Source: PVC group bacterium (lineage in GTDB: Bacteria; Auribacterota; Erginobacteria; Erginobacterales; PUNC01). Taken from it: a stretch of DNA of 64,000 bases. The translations under genes and the position numbers were made by a program. The DNA is taken from positions 30,013 through 94,012 of the forward strand of contig PUNC01000133.1 of assembly GCA_003551625.1 (NCBI GenBank), written 5' to 3'. Shown here one piece after another: positions 42,342 through 53,412 of this stretch. Every line of letters begins with the position of its first letter. Position 1 is the first letter of the stretch. Under the pieces are notes generated by a model. It was not told the origin of the DNA. It did not search any database and worked only from the letters and a program-made list of their open reading frames with translations.

Positions 42342-43178
42342 TTGCCGGACCGGGGAATAAATATTCCTTCGCTTCTCAAGCCTCGCCTCTGCCTGGGGCC
42401 GGGCTCTTCCCGGCGCCTGACCAGGACGATCGCGGTCGCCAACCAGAAGGGCGGCGTGGGGAAGACGACCACGTGCGTCAACCTGGGAGCAGGCCTGGGA
42501 CGGGCGGGCTACCGGGTCCTCCTGGTGGATCTCGATCCGCAGGCCAACGCTACCAGCGGCCTGGGTTACAACAAGCGGGAGACCCGCCCCGGAGTCTATT
42601 CGCTGCTTCGGGGTGAAGAGCGGGTGGAGCGCGCGGTCATCAAGACACCGTTCTTCAATCTCCACCTCCTACCCTCTAATCCGGATCTTACGGCGTCCGA
42701 GATCGAATTGCTCGATCAGGAAGAGCGGGAGTACCGTCTCAGAAAAATCCTCTCTCCGCTCCGGGGGGATTACGCTTATATTCTTATCGACTGTCCGCCT
42801 TCGCTCAACATTCTCACCATAAACGCCCTGGCCTGTTCGGACTCTCTCATCATTCCCCTGCAGTGCGAATACTACGCTCTGGAGGGCTTGAGTCAGCTCC
42901 TAGAGGTTCTTGACCTGGTGAAAGAGAGGCTTAACGCCGGGCTGGAAATCGAAGGGGTCCTGCTCACGATGAGCGATTCGAGGACCAACCTCTCCCTGCA
43001 GGTCATCGAAGAGGTTAAAAATCACTTTCAAGACAAGGTTTTCAAGACTATAATACCGCGTAATATCCGACTGGGAGAGGCCCCGAGCTTCGGCAAACCG
43101 GTTATCTATTATGAGGAAAAGTCGACCGGTGCGGCCGGATATTTAAATCTTACCGATGAGATTCTGGCGCGCGGATAA
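42342..43178 (+). CDS. parA: chromosome partitioning ATPase ParA/Soj
   Basis: Deviant Walker A IAVANQKGGVGKTTT. The ATG at 42342 gives an unusually long 28-aa leader, so the true start may be further downstream. Confidence 0.85.
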   Translation: MPDRGINIPSLLKPRLCLGPGSSRRLTRTIAVANQKGGVGKTTTCVNLGAGLGRAGYRVLLVDLDPQANATSGLGYNKRETRPGVYSLLRGEERVERAVIKTPFFNLHLLPSNPDLTASEIELLDQEEREYRLRKILSPLRGDYAYILIDCPPSLNILTINALACSDSLIIPLQCEYYALEGLSQLLEVLDLVKERLNAGLEIEGVLLTMSDSRTNLSLQVIEEVKNHFQDKVFKTIIPRNIRLGEAPSFGKPVIYYEEKSTGAAGYLNLTDEILARG

Positions 43179-43195
43179 AGGAGCGATCTGAAAAG

Positions 43196-44053
43196 ATGAA
43201 AAAAGCGGCTCTTGGCAGAGGATTGGACGTGTTGATCGCCAAAAAGGAAGTCAGCACGGTTGCAGGAGATCTCCGGGTTGTTCACCTTGATGTCGGCGAG
43301 ATCAAATCATCTCGATTTCAGCCCCGTTACGAATTCAGGGAGGAAGCTCTCCGGGATCTGAAAAGATCGATTGTGGAGAAAGGCGTGATCCAGCCGATTG
43401 TGGTCCGAAAAACAACCGATGGATACCATCTGATAGCGGGGGAGAGAAGGCTGCGGGCGGCGCGGGAAGCCGGGATTAATAAGATACCGGCGATTGTCCG
43501 GGAAGTCGAGGGGGACGGCGAGCACCTTGAGATATCACTGGTGGAGAATATCCAGAGGGAAGACCTCAACCCGATTGAGAAGGCCCGGGGTTACCGGAGA
43601 CTCAAGGAAGAGTTCGGATTGACTCAGGACCAGATCGCCGGCCATATCGGCCAGGAAAGATCTACGGTCGCCAACACGCTGCGTCTCCTGGAGCTTGAGG
43701 AAGAGATTCAGGCGATGATCTCTCGTGACGAGATCGGCTTCGGGCAAGCCAAGGTTTTGCTTTCGATTCCCGATGCCGGCGAACGGCTCAAGTACGCCAG
43801 GCTGATCAAAGACCGGCCGACGACGGTTCGAGAGCTTGAAACGATGGTTAGCCGGAGACCCGTCCGGTCAAAGAAGGCCGGTGTCCGGGAAAAAGATCTT
43901 CACGTTCGTAATGTCGAGTCGGATCTCAGGGAGATTTTTCAGACCAGGGTGCTGATTCGGGAAGGAAGAGGCTCCCGGGGGAGGATCGAGATCGAATATT
44001 ACAACCGCGATGATCGCGAGAGATTACTTGCGTTATTAAAAAAGCTAATATAG
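43196..44053 (+). CDS. parB: chromosome partitioning protein ParB/Spo0J
   Basis: ParB box IAGERRLRAAREAG, HTH, N-terminal GLGRGLDVLI. Confidence 0.9.
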   Translation: MKKAALGRGLDVLIAKKEVSTVAGDLRVVHLDVGEIKSSRFQPRYEFREEALRDLKRSIVEKGVIQPIVVRKTTDGYHLIAGERRLRAAREAGINKIPAIVREVEGDGEHLEISLVENIQREDLNPIEKARGYRRLKEEFGLTQDQIAGHIGQERSTVANTLRLLELEEEIQAMISRDEIGFGQAKVLLSIPDAGERLKYARLIKDRPTTVRELETMVSRRPVRSKKAGVREKDLHVRNVESDLREIFQTRVLIREGRGSRGRIEIEYYNRDDRERLLALLKKLI

Positions 44054-44082
44054 TATAAAATAGTGCACAGAAAGGTCATAAT

Positions 44083-44697
44083 ATGAACGAAAAACTGGAT
44101 AGTCTGCTGGAGAAGATCAACCGGGAAGGGGTGGAAAAAGCCGAGCAGAAAGCCGAGGAAATAACGTCCCGCGCCAAAAAAGAGGCAGAAAATAAACTTA
44201 ACCAGGCGAACGAAGAGGCCGGGAAGATAATTAAGGAAGCGGAAAAAGAAGCGGAGTCCACCAAAGAAAAGGGAATCAAGTCATTAAGACAGGCTTACCG
44301 GGACATAGTGATATCGATAAAAAAAGAGATCGGGGAGATATTCAGCCGGGTCTTGAAAGAAAAGGTCGCCGGGGCGCTTGGCGAAGAAGAACTCGCCGGA
44401 ATTTTGAAGGAAGTAATCGCAAAATGGTCGGAAGAGGGCGGACAGGAAACAATTGTCTATCTTAACGAAGAGACCGCTAAAAAGATCGGCGATACGATCC
44501 TGGCCGGACTCCAGAAAAAAATCAAGGAAGGGGTGGAGATCAAGCCTTTAAGGGATATCGATGCCGGATTTATGGTCAGTTTCGACGGGGGAAGATCAAG
44601 GATCGATTTTACCGATGACGGGGTGGCTGAGTTCATCCGGGCCCAGGCAAGCCCGCGGTTGATGGCGGTTTTGGAAGAAGGTTCCGATGAGGGGTGA
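44083..44697 (+). CDS. atpE: V-type ATP synthase subunit E
   Basis: 204 aa; K/E/A-rich N-terminal coiled coil plus globular C-terminus. First gene of the V-ATPase operon. Confidence 0.7.
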   Translation: MNEKLDSLLEKINREGVEKAEQKAEEITSRAKKEAENKLNQANEEAGKIIKEAEKEAESTKEKGIKSLRQAYRDIVISIKKEIGEIFSRVLKEKVAGALGEEELAGILKEVIAKWSEEGGQETIVYLNEETAKKIGDTILAGLQKKIKEGVEIKPLRDIDAGFMVSFDGGRSRIDFTDDGVAEFIRAQASPRLMAVLEEGSDEG

Positions 44698-45229
44698 ATA
44701 CTATTACTTCGCGGCCACCCTGCCGATGTTGTCGTTTGAAGATGGGCCACGGTTAAATGTCGAGGAGTTTCTCGCCCGTGCTCAAGAGCAACTTTCTCCG
44801 GACGACTACGCGGCCCTGTCTTCGGTGCGCCTGGTACCCCGTTATCCGGCCTCGGGGCTGACGGCCGCGGGAAGAGACTGGTACGATTTTGAAACCGCCT
44901 TGAGAAACGAGATCGCCTCCGACCGGGCGCGGAGGGAACGTCGCGATCCGGACAAGCACCTGCGGGGGGAATACCGCCCCGACCCGTTTCTGGCCGATTT
45001 CGTCGGTGAAGCCGCCGGTGAAGAAAACCCGCTCAAGATTGAGGAAAGCCTCAACCGGAAACGATGGGAGAAGCTTGAGGAGATCGAGCTGAACAATTTT
45101 TTTAATATTACCTTTTTGACGGTTTATTATCTCAAACTTCAACTTTTGGAAAAGATCAACCGGATGACGCCGCCCGCGGGAGAGAAGATCCTGCTGGGAA
45201 TGCTTCCGGCGGAGGAGGAGGCCGAATAA
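44687..45229 (+). CDS. V-ATPase-associated DUF2764-like protein (occupies the slot between E and A, as in Chlamydia/spirochaete V-ATPase operons)
   Basis: 180 aa with no canonical C/F subunit features. Call based on operon position and size. Confidence 0.5.
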   Translation: MRGEYYYFAATLPMLSFEDGPRLNVEEFLARAQEQLSPDDYAALSSVRLVPRYPASGLTAAGRDWYDFETALRNEIASDRARRERRDPDKHLRGEYRPDPFLADFVGEAAGEENPLKIEESLNRKRWEKLEEIELNNFFNITFLTVYYLKLQLLEKINRMTPPAGEKILLGMLPAEEEAE

Positions 45230-47001
45230 TGAGCGATCGAGAAGGAAGGATCGTCGGGGTGAGCGGAAATATGGTGGTGGCCGAGTTCTCCGGCGATGTT
45301 ATGCAGAACGAGCTGGCCTACGCGGTAAGCGGGAAAGAAGAGCTCAAGGCCGAAGTGATCCGGGTAAGGGGGAATCTGGTCGAGATGCAGGTCTTCGAGA
45401 GCACCGACGGGCTCAGGGTGGGTGACGCCATCCGTTTCAGCGGGGGGCTGCTCTCGGTCAGTCTGGGGCCGGGCATACTCGCGCAGGTTTATGACGGTCT
45501 CCAGAATCCTCTCCACCTGCTGGCCGAAGAGCACGGCTTCTTTCTTAAAAGAGGCTCCTATTTGACTCCGCTTGACGAGGAAAAAAAATGGGAGTTCAAT
45601 CCCGATATCGATACCGGTTCCCGGGTCCAGGGCGGCGACTGGATCGGCTGGGTTCAGGAAGGTATCTTCAAGCACCGGATAATGGTTCCTTTCGCTCTTG
45701 ACGGCGATTGGAAGATTAAAAAGATCGCGGAGAAAGGATCGTACCGGGTCGAGGACACGGTCGCCGAGCTGAAAAATTCCCGGGGTGATTCCAGGAAAGT
45801 CACTCTGATGCAGGAGTGGCCGGTCAAGATCCCGATAACCGCCTACCGGGAGAAACTAAGGCCGAAAGAGCCGTTGATCACCAAAATCCGGATCGTGGAC
45901 ACGATTACCCCGATCGCCCGGGGTGGGACCTACTGCATCCCCGGTCCCTTCGGCGCCGGGAAGACGGTGCTGCAGCAGATCACCAGCCGCCACGCCGAAG
46001 TCGATATTGTTGTGATCGCCGCCTGCGGAGAGCGGGCCGGCGAGGTGGTGGAGACGTTGAGGGAGTTCCCGGAACTGGAGGACCCCCGGACCGGCCGCTC
46101 CCTGATGGAGAGGACGATCATAATCTGCAATACCTCCTCGATGCCGGTGGCCGCCCGGGAGTCAAGCGTCTACACGGCGGTCACCATTGCCGAGTATTAC
46201 CGCCAGATGGGGCTCAACGTGCTGTTGCTGGCCGATTCCACCTCCCGCTGGGCCCAGGCGATGCGGGAGATGTCCGGGCGGCTGGAGGAGATCCCCGGCG
46301 AGGAGGCATTCCCGGCTTATCTGGAATCTAGGATCGCGTCCTTTTACGAACGGGCCGGCATCGTCCGGCTCAACGACAACTCGATCGGCTCGATCACCAT
46401 CGGCGGCACGGTCAGCCCGGCGGGGGGGAACTTCGAGGAGCCGGTCACCCAGTCCACCCTGAAAGTGGTGGGGGCGTTTCTGGGGCTCTCGCGGGAGCGC
46501 TCCGACGCCCGCAAGTATCCCTCGGTCGATCCTCTGGATTCCTGGAGCAAGTATGACAGCTTCATCGATTCCGGCCAGGTCCAATTCGCCCGGGAGCTGC
46601 TCTTCCGTTCCTCCGAGATCGACCAGATGATGAAGGTGGTGGGAGAGGAAGGGACCACTCTGGGCGATTTCGTCGATTATCTCAAGGGTGATTTCATCGA
46701 CGACGTTTATCTGCAGCAGAACGCTTACGACAAGGTGGAAGGGGCGACCTCGGCCGAGCGGCAGACCCACGTGTTCGGGGTGCTGGTCCGGATCCTGAAA
46801 TCGGAGCTCAAGTTCGAGGACAAGGACGACGCCCGCCACTTTTTCCAGGAGATCCGGCAGGATTTCCGCAACTGGAATTACGCCGAATGGGAGACCGACG
46901 AATTCAAAGAACTTGAAAAGAAGCTGCTGGAGAAAGTATCGGCCAAGGCGGAGGCCGGGATCGGGGAAGAAAGCGATGAGAAAAGTCTACAGCCGAATTG
47001 A
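45229..47001 (+). CDS. atpA: V-type ATP synthase catalytic subunit A
   Basis: Walker [10 protein letters not shown]. 590 aa with the non-homologous insert region typical of V/A-type A subunits. Confidence 0.92.
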   Translation: MSDREGRIVGVSGNMVVAEFSGDVMQNELAYAVSGKEELKAEVIRVRGNLVEMQVFESTDGLRVGDAIRFSGGLLSVSLGPGILAQVYDGLQNPLHLLAEEHGFFLKRGSYLTPLDEEKKWEFNPDIDTGSRVQGGDWIGWVQEGIFKHRIMVPFALDGDWKIKKIAEKGSYRVEDTVAELKNSRGDSRKVTLMQEWPVKIPITAYREKLRPKEPLITKIRIVDTITPIARGGTYCIPGPFGAGKTVLQQITSRHAEVDIVVIAACGERAGEVVETLREFPELEDPRTGRSLMERTIIICNTSSMPVAARESSVYTAVTIAEYYRQMGLNVLLLADSTSRWAQAMREMSGRLEEIPGEEAFPAYLESRIASFYERAGIVRLNDNSIGSITIGGTVSPAGGNFEEPVTQSTLKVVGAFLGLSRERSDARKYPSVDPLDSWSKYDSFIDSGQVQFARELLFRSSEIDQMMKVVGEEGTTLGDFVDYLKGDFIDDVYLQQNAYDKVEGATSAERQTHVFGVLVRILKSELKFEDKDDARHFFQEIRQDFRNWNYAEWETDEFKELEKKLLEKVSAKAEAGIGEESDEKSLQPN

Positions 47002-48412
47002 ACAGATCGTCGGAGACGTGATTATGGTGGAGGCCGAAGGGATCGGCAACGAGGAGCTGGCCGCTATCACCACCTCCCGCGGCGTCTCCCTGGCCCAGGT
47101 CATCAGGCTCGATCGGACCCGGGTCTATCTCCAGGTATTCGCGGGCAGCCGCGGGGTCTCCACCGGGGACCAGGTAAGGTTCCTGGGCCACCGGATGCGG
47201 GTCCCCTTCACCGAAAACCTGCTGGGAAGGATCTTCGACGGCAGCGGCCGGCCCCGCGACAACGGGCCGGACCTGATGGAGAATATGATCGAGATCGGGG
47301 GCCCCTCGGTTAATCCCGCCAAGAGGATCATCCCCACGCGGATGGTCCGGACCGGAATCCCGATGATCGACGTCTTCAACTCCCTGGTCGTCAGCCAAAA
47401 GCTGCCGATTTTCTCCGTGGCCGGCGAACCCTACAACGAGCTGCTGGCCCGGATCGCGATGCAAGCCGAGGTGGATATCATCATCCTGGGCGGGATGGGG
47501 CTCAAGCACGACGACTACCTCTTCTTCCGCGACACTCTCGACGACCAGGGGGCGCTCTCCCGATCGATCTTCTTCATCCATACCGCAGCCGATCCCACCG
47601 TGGAGTGCATCCTGATCCCGGATATGAGCCTGGCGGTCGCCGAGCAGTTCGCCCTCCAGGGCAAGGAGGTGCTGGTCCTTCTGACCGATATGACCAACTT
47701 CTCCGACTCCCTCAAGGAGCTTGCCATCACGATGGAGCAGATCCCCTCCAACCGGGGCTATCCCGGAGACCTTTACAGCCAGCTCGCCCGCCGCTACGAG
47801 AAGGCGGTGGACTTCGAGGGAGCGGGCTCGATCACCGTCCTGGCGGTAACCACGATGCCGGGCGATGACGTCACCCACCCCATCCCCGACAATACCGGCT
47901 ACATCACCGAGGGCCAGTTTTATCTCCGCAACGGCAGAATCGAACCTTTCGGTTCCTTGAGCCGGCTCAAGCAGAACGTCAACAAGGCTACCCGCGAAGA
48001 CCATCGCACGATAATGAACTCGATGATCCAGCTCTATGCCGATTACAAGGAGACCTTGGAGAAACAGGCGATGGGTTTCGCGATGAGCCGGTGGGACGAG
48101 AAGCTTCTCAACTACGGCCGGGCCTTCGAGGAGGGAATGATGTCGCTGAAGGTGAACATCCCTCTGGAGGAAGCCCTCGACCGGGGATGGAGAATCCTGG
48201 CCGACGTATTCGAGCCGGAGGAGACCGGGATCCGCAGCGGGATGATCTCGAAGTTCTGGCCCGGCGGCAACGGCGGGAGGGAGCCGGAAAGAAAGGCCGG
48301 GGACGGGAGCGGGGATGAAGGCGGAGAAGACGCCGGCGGGGAGGAAAAGAAGGAAAGCGCCGATGGGGAAACAGAGAAGGAAAAGGATTCGAAAGAGAAC
48401 CATAAAACATAA
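46976..48412 (+). CDS. atpB: V-type ATP synthase subunit B
   Basis: [18 protein letters not shown]... B-subunit fold without an intact P-loop. ATG at 46976 chosen over the upstream ATG of the track ORF. Confidence 0.88.
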   Translation: MRKVYSRIEQIVGDVIMVEAEGIGNEELAAITTSRGVSLAQVIRLDRTRVYLQVFAGSRGVSTGDQVRFLGHRMRVPFTENLLGRIFDGSGRPRDNGPDLMENMIEIGGPSVNPAKRIIPTRMVRTGIPMIDVFNSLVVSQKLPIFSVAGEPYNELLARIAMQAEVDIIILGGMGLKHDDYLFFRDTLDDQGALSRSIFFIHTAADPTVECILIPDMSLAVAEQFALQGKEVLVLLTDMTNFSDSLKELAITMEQIPSNRGYPGDLYSQLARRYEKAVDFEGAGSITVLAVTTMPGDDVTHPIPDNTGYITEGQFYLRNGRIEPFGSLSRLKQNVNKATREDHRTIMNSMIQLYADYKETLEKQAMGFAMSRWDEKLLNYGRAFEEGMMSLKVNIPLEEALDRGWRILADVFEPEETGIRSGMISKFWPGGNGGREPERKAGDGSGDEGGEDAGGEEKKESADGETEKEKDSKENHKT

Positions 48413-49026
48413 TGGCCCGCCGGAAAATAAAACTGACCAAGGGGGAACTCAAGCGGCAGCGGGATTCGCTGTCGCGTTACGAGCGCTATCTGCCCACCCT
48501 CCAGCTCAAACAGAAGCTTTTGCAGGCGGAGATGCGCCGGCTGGAGGCGGAGCTGGCCGCCCGCCGTCGCGAGCTTGAATCGGAGCTGGAGACCGCCCGG
48601 GGCTGGGCGGCGGTTCTGGCCGGCGGCGAGGTCGATCTTTCCCCCTGGACGGCTCCCGAAGAGATAAAGACCGAGACCGAGAACGTGGCGGGCGTGAACG
48701 TGCCGGTCTTTCGGGAGGTCGTCTTCAAGGAGGCCGATTACGACCTGTTCCTGACCCCCTTGTGGACCGAGAAGGCCCTCCGGGCGATCCGGTCCCTGGT
48801 CCGTCTCCGGGTGGAGGAGTCGGTTCTCGCCCGCCGCCGCGGTCTGATCGGGCGGGAATTGAGGACGACCATGCAGCGGGTCAATCTCTTTGAGAAGGTG
48901 ATGATTCCGGCCGGCCGGGAGAATATCCGCGTGATCAGGATCTACCTGGGAGACCAGGACGCCAACGCCGTCGGGCGGAGCAAGATCGCCAAGAAGAAGA
49001 TCGAGCAGGCCGCCGCCGCGGCGTGA
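48412..49026 (+). CDS. atpD: V-type ATP synthase subunit D
   Basis: [20 protein letters not shown]... coiled-coil central-stalk subunit of about 200 aa. Confidence 0.85.
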   Translation: MARRKIKLTKGELKRQRDSLSRYERYLPTLQLKQKLLQAEMRRLEAELAARRRELESELETARGWAAVLAGGEVDLSPWTAPEEIKTETENVAGVNVPVFREVVFKEADYDLFLTPLWTEKALRAIRSLVRLRVEESVLARRRGLIGRELRTTMQRVNLFEKVMIPAGRENIRVIRIYLGDQDANAVGRSKIAKKKIEQAAAAA

Positions 49027-49037
49027 GGGAATAAGCT

Positions 49038-50822
49038 GTGATCATCGCGATGAAAAAGGTGACGATCGTGGTTTTGGACCGGTACCGGGAGCAGGCCCTG
49101 GAACGGCTGGCCGGTCTCGGACTGGTCCATCTCGGACACGTCCGGCCGCCTTCGGGCGAACCCGTGGAGGAGATTCAGTCCCGGATCGGCCGGATCTCCC
49201 GGGCGCTGGAGATTCTTCCCGAGGGGGAAGGGGAATCCGGGGATCCCCCCCCGCCGGACTGGGAGGAGTTTTTCGAGCGGGTGGTCTCGCTGCGGGACGA
49301 GACGTCGAAGCGGCGGGAGCGGCGGCAGCGCCTGCAGGCCCGGATCGACTTCTGGAAGTATTGGGGCGACTTCGATCCTTCCCTTCTCGCCCGCCTGAGA
49401 AACCGGGGCGTTCACGTCCATCTGGCCGCCGTTCCCGAAAAGGAGCTCTCCGCGGTCGATCCCGGCGTGGCGGTGGAGAGGCTTTTCAAGCGGGGGCCGA
49501 CGGTTTACTGCGTTCTGGTCTCGGACCGGGAGCGTGAATTTCCCTTTGAAACGCTCCCGCCCCCCGACCGGAGCCTGACGGAGATGCGGTCCGCGGCGGA
49601 GGAGGAAGACCGGGCGATCGCGGCCGCCCACCGGGAGCTCGAAAAGCTCTCCTCCCGGCGGCCGGCTCTGGAGCGGCTCTTGGAAAGCAGCCTCTCCGGG
49701 CTGGAGTTCGAGCGGGCCCGGGCCGGGATGGGAGAGTCCGGCCGGCTGGCCTACCTGCGCGGTTTCTGTCCGCGAGATCAGCTTGGGAGGCTGGAGCAAG
49801 CCGCCGCCGCCGCCGGCTGGGGCCTGCTGGTCGAGGATCCCGGCCCGGACGACCGGCCGCCCACACTGGTGACCAACCCCAAATTCGTCAGCCTGATCAA
49901 ACCGGTCCTCGACTTCATCGACGTCGTCCCCGGCTACCGGGAGGTCGATCCCAGTTTCGTCTTCCTCTTCTTCTTCTCGATCTTCTTCGCGATGCTGATC
50001 GGCGACGCCGGCTACGGAGCGATCTTCCTGGCCGCCGCCGGACTGGCCCACTGGAGGCTGGGGCCGCGGCTCAAGGACAAGAAGCCTCTATTTCTGCTCT
50101 ACCTCCTGGCCGGGACCACCGTGGTCTGGGGAGTCCTGACCGGGACCTACTTCGGCCAGGAGTGGCTGCCGGCCACCGTGACCGGTTTCGTTCCCTGGAT
50201 GCGCCAAGACGACAACATCATCTGGCTCTGCTTCCTGGTCGGGGCGATCCAGCTCACGATCGCCCATTCCTGGCGTGCGCTTCGGAAGGCGCCCGACCTC
50301 ACCGCCCTGGCCGATCTCGGCTGGATCTGCGTGATCTGGATGATGTATTACGTGGCCGGAATGTTTATCCTCGGCCGCCAGTTTCCGCCCGCGGCTTTCG
50401 CCCTGGGCGGGCTGGGAGTGCTGCTGCTGGTGGTCTTCTCGATCCCTCCCCGCCGATTCTTCCAGGAGCTGATCCCGAGGAACTTCGCCCTGTTTTTGCA
50501 GATAATTTCCAGCTTTGCCGACGTGGTCTCCTATATCCGTCTCTTCGCGGTCGGTCTGGCCACCGTCGCCATCGCCGACGCCTTCAACTCGATGGCGGCC
50601 GGCCTGGGCTGGTCCAATATCGCCGCCGGCTTCGGAACGGCTTTTATTCTCCTGTTCGGACATATTCTCAATATGATTCTTTGCGGGATGGCGGTCCTGG
50701 TCCACGGTGTCCGTCTCAACGTGCTGGAGTTCTCCAGCCATCTGGGAAACGAGTGGTCGGGCGAGAGATACCGCCCCTTCCGGGCCACCCGGCTCGGGAG
50801 CGACCCGGAGGTCTCGACGTAG
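49038..50822 (+). CDS. atpI: V-type ATP synthase subunit I (membrane a-subunit)
   Basis: Hydrophilic N-terminal half plus C-terminal multi-TM half. Conserved Arg in penultimate helices. Confidence 0.85.
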   Translation: MIIAMKKVTIVVLDRYREQALERLAGLGLVHLGHVRPPSGEPVEEIQSRIGRISRALEILPEGEGESGDPPPPDWEEFFERVVSLRDETSKRRERRQRLQARIDFWKYWGDFDPSLLARLRNRGVHVHLAAVPEKELSAVDPGVAVERLFKRGPTVYCVLVSDREREFPFETLPPPDRSLTEMRSAAEEEDRAIAAAHRELEKLSSRRPALERLLESSLSGLEFERARAGMGESGRLAYLRGFCPRDQLGRLEQAAAAAGWGLLVEDPGPDDRPPTLVTNPKFVSLIKPVLDFIDVVPGYREVDPSFVFLFFFSIFFAMLIGDAGYGAIFLAAAGLAHWRLGPRLKDKKPLFLLYLLAGTTVVWGVLTGTYFGQEWLPATVTGFVPWMRQDDNIIWLCFLVGAIQLTIAHSWRALRKAPDLTALADLGWICVIWMMYYVAGMFILGRQFPPAAFALGGLGVLLLVVFSIPPRRFFQELIPRNFALFLQIISSFADVVSYIRLFAVGLATVAIADAFNSMAAGLGWSNIAAGFGTAFILLFGHILNMILCGMAVLVHGVRLNVLEFSSHLGNEWSGERYRPFRATRLGSDPEVST

Positions 50823-50943
50823 CCGCTCGGCGCGATTTGGAAGAGTTTTAAAGATAGAGTATTGAGAACATAACAACAGGCCCGGGGCGGCCGAAACGCC
50901 CGATGGGAGCAGTGACGGCCCGGGCCGGGAAAGGAGAAAGCGG

Positions 50944-51390
50944 ATGGAAGTCTTGACCCAATTTCAGGACCTGGGCCTCGCCGCCGTTCTGGCGATGGCG
51001 GCGGTAGGCTCGGCTCTCGGCACCGGCGCGGCCGGGATGGCGGCGGTCGGTTCCTGGAAGAAGTGTTTCGCCCAGAACAAGGCGGCCCCCTTCATCCTCA
51101 CCGTATTCGTCGGCGCGCCGCTCTCCCAGACGATCTACGGTATGATCGTGATGCAAACCCTGGTCGCGGCGGTGGCCGAGGGCGGGCAGTTCTTCTGGTC
51201 GGCGGGTCTGCTGGGCGGCCTGGCCATCGGGATGAGCGCCTGGATGCAGGGCCGGGCCGGCGCCGCCGCCGCCGACGCGATGGCCGAGACCGGCAAGGGC
51301 TTCGGCAACTACATTATGGTCCTGGGTATCATCGAGACCGTAGCTCTTTTCGTGATGGTCTTCACCATAATGGCCGTGGGCGGCCTATAA
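50944..51390 (+). CDS. atpK: V-type ATP synthase proteolipid subunit K (c subunit)
   Basis: 148 aa, Gly/Ala-rich TM hairpins, conserved carboxylate-bearing C-terminal helix (IIETVALFVMVFTIM). Confidence 0.85.
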   Translation: MEVLTQFQDLGLAAVLAMAAVGSALGTGAAGMAAVGSWKKCFAQNKAAPFILTVFVGAPLSQTIYGMIVMQTLVAAVAEGGQFFWSAGLLGGLAIGMSAWMQGRAGAAAADAMAETGKGFGNYIMVLGIIETVALFVMVFTIMAVGGL

Positions 51391-51514
51391 GCCGCGCGGC
51401 CGGACCGGTTCGGCCGTTCTCGCCGTTAAAGTCGCGATTCGGGGGCCTCGACATCAATCGGGGCCGAAGAAACCGGAGTCTCCAAACGCGGCTCCGCCGG
51501 ATTGAACAGCCCGG

Positions 51515-52381
51515 TTGATGAAGAGCTCCTCCCCAAAAGACGAAGGTAAAAGCGTCCTTTACGTTGTCGCCACGCCGATCGGGAACCTTGAGGATATCAC
51601 CCGGCGCGCGCTCCGGGTTCTCAAGGAGGCCGATCTGATCGCGGCCGAAGACACCCGTTCCGCCCGCCGCCTGCTCGGCCGTTTCGGGATCCGCCGTCCC
51701 ATCGTCAGCTACTTCGACCCGAAGGAGGAAGCGCGCAGCGCCCGGATCATCGACCGTCTCCTGGCCGGCGAGCGGGTGGCGCTGATCTCGGAGGCCGGCA
51801 CTCCCGGGCTCTCCGACCCCGGCTACCGCCTGATCCGCAAGGCCATCGACGTCGGAGTGCGCGTGGTGCCCGTTCCCGGACCGTCCGCCGCCGTCGCCGC
51901 CCTGGTGGTCTCCGGCCTGCCCGCCCATTCCTTTGTATTCGAGGGTTTTCTTCCCGCGCGCGCCGGCCCCCGGATGAAGAAGCTGGCCGCCCTGGGGCGG
52001 GAGACCAGGACCCTGGTCATCTATGAATCCCCCCGCCGGACAGTTCGGACGCTCCAGGAGATCGGGCGGCTGTGGGGGGAGAGGAGAGTGGCCCTGGCCC
52101 GCGAGCTGACCAAGATTCACGAGACGGTCCTGCGGGGCACGGTCTCCGAGGTGGCGGCGGAGATCAAGGGATCCCCGCTCAAGGGGGAGGTGGTCCTGGT
52201 GATCGAGGGCGCCTCCGGCCCGGATTCGGGGGGGGAGCCGCTCTCCGCGGCCGGGATCGAGGCCCTCCGCCGACGCCTGAAGTTGAGCCGGATGGAGGCG
52301 ATCAAGCTGGCCGCCGAGCTCAGCGGCCGCTCCAAGCGCGAGATTTACGGTGAATACCACTCCGCCCGTGACACCCGGTAG
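51515..52381 (+). CDS. rsmI: 16S rRNA (cytidine1402-2'-O)-methyltransferase RsmI
   Basis: LYVVATPIGNLEDIT...AAEDTR tetrapyrrole-methylase-like motifs. Confidence 0.9.
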   Translation: MMKSSSPKDEGKSVLYVVATPIGNLEDITRRALRVLKEADLIAAEDTRSARRLLGRFGIRRPIVSYFDPKEEARSARIIDRLLAGERVALISEAGTPGLSDPGYRLIRKAIDVGVRVVPVPGPSAAVAALVVSGLPAHSFVFEGFLPARAGPRMKKLAALGRETRTLVIYESPRRTVRTLQEIGRLWGERRVALARELTKIHETVLRGTVSEVAAEIKGSPLKGEVVLVIEGASGPDSGGEPLSAAGIEALRRRLKLSRMEAIKLAAELSGRSKREIYGEYHSARDTR

Positions 52382-53294
52382 TCCGGATTTTGCGGACGGC
52401 AAGCTTCGCCGGCGCCTCAACTGGCGCCCGGTCGCCTTTTTGGCCGCCTACTTTTTCGCGGTGATGGTCGCCGGCACCTTCATCTTCCACTATCTTTACC
52501 GGCGGGAGGCCGCCCGGCGCTGGCTCGACTACCGCGTGGCCACACTGAATATGGGGGAATTGTTTTTTGACGGCCGCGATAACGGTCCGGGAACGGCTCC
52601 GGGGCAGGAATTGAGGGAGAAGGCCCGCCGCCTGGCCGAGGCCCTGGGCGATCTCGACGCCCAGCTGATCCTGCTTCAGGGCGCCGGATCGCCGGGACCC
52701 CTCGGCTATCTTTTAGAGGAGATGGAGGAGAGTTTCCCGGTGACGGTCTTCGGACCCGACACCTTGGTCCTGGCGGCGGGGGCTCTGGAGGGGGTGGGAA
52801 GGCACGGGCTTGAGGATCGGGCGGAAGACCGGGGCCGATACCGGCACGGTCTGCTGGAGGTCCGCCTCGATTACCACGGTCTGAAGGTGGCCGCTTTCAC
52901 GGCCCATATTCTCTCACCGCTCGAGGCGGGGGAGCGCCGGCGGGTCGGGGCCGCGGCCGCGGCCCGGGAGACGGTCGTCGCCGCCGGGGACGAACCCGGC
53001 GTCTTCGTTGTCTTCGGCGGGGACTTCAACGCCCGCCCCGCCTCGCCGGTCCTGGAAGCCCTGGAGGAAGGCGGCGGCCTGCTCCGGGTGGCCGCCGGTT
53101 ACCCGGTCGAGCGAAAGGCGACCTATCTTCATCGGGGACGGCCGGTGGCGTTGAGCCACATTTACGTTCACCGCCGCTGGAAGGAGGCCTACGTTCCCGG
53201 CAGCGCGCATTCGCGCCGGGACCGCGAGCGGGATGGCTACGGCGGCTGCGCCCGGGCCATTCTGGTGGCCGACTTCCGCATCCCCGCGCCGTGA
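52350..53294 (+). CDS. endonuclease/exonuclease/phosphatase (EEP) family protein with N-terminal TM anchor
   Basis: EEP-like catalytic stretches (VVFGGDFNARP, LSHIYV). Start uncertain; the ORF overlaps the rsmI 3' end. Confidence 0.55.
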   Translation: MNTTPPVTPGSPDFADGKLRRRLNWRPVAFLAAYFFAVMVAGTFIFHYLYRREAARRWLDYRVATLNMGELFFDGRDNGPGTAPGQELREKARRLAEALGDLDAQLILLQGAGSPGPLGYLLEEMEESFPVTVFGPDTLVLAAGALEGVGRHGLEDRAEDRGRYRHGLLEVRLDYHGLKVAAFTAHILSPLEAGERRRVGAAAAARETVVAAGDEPGVFVVFGGDFNARPASPVLEALEEGGGLLRVAAGYPVERKATYLHRGRPVALSHIYVHRRWKEAYVPGSAHSRRDRERDGYGGCARAILVADFRIPAP

Positions 53295-53358
53295 AGTATT
53301 TGTTGAAAGCGCCGGGTTGTTCCGCGGGCCGGTTCATCGGCCGGGAGACTCCGGGGCC

Positions 53359-53386
53359 GTAAAGTCAAAAGTAAAGATTTGACCCC
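53359..53386. repeat. REP-like 28-bp element copy C (27/28 identical to copy B, same orientation)
   Basis: GTAAAGTCAAAAGTAAAGATTTGACCCC in the 118-bp EEP/OMP intergenic spacer. Confidence 0.7.
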
Positions 53387-53412
53387 AAATAGGAAGTAGG
53401 AAGGAGGGCGGG

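Noticed and set aside
51391-51430. GC-rich hairpin (CGGCCGGACCGGTTCGGCCG) after atpK as a Rho-independent terminator
   Set aside because: No convincing U-tract follows, and stem register is ambiguous. Left uncalled.
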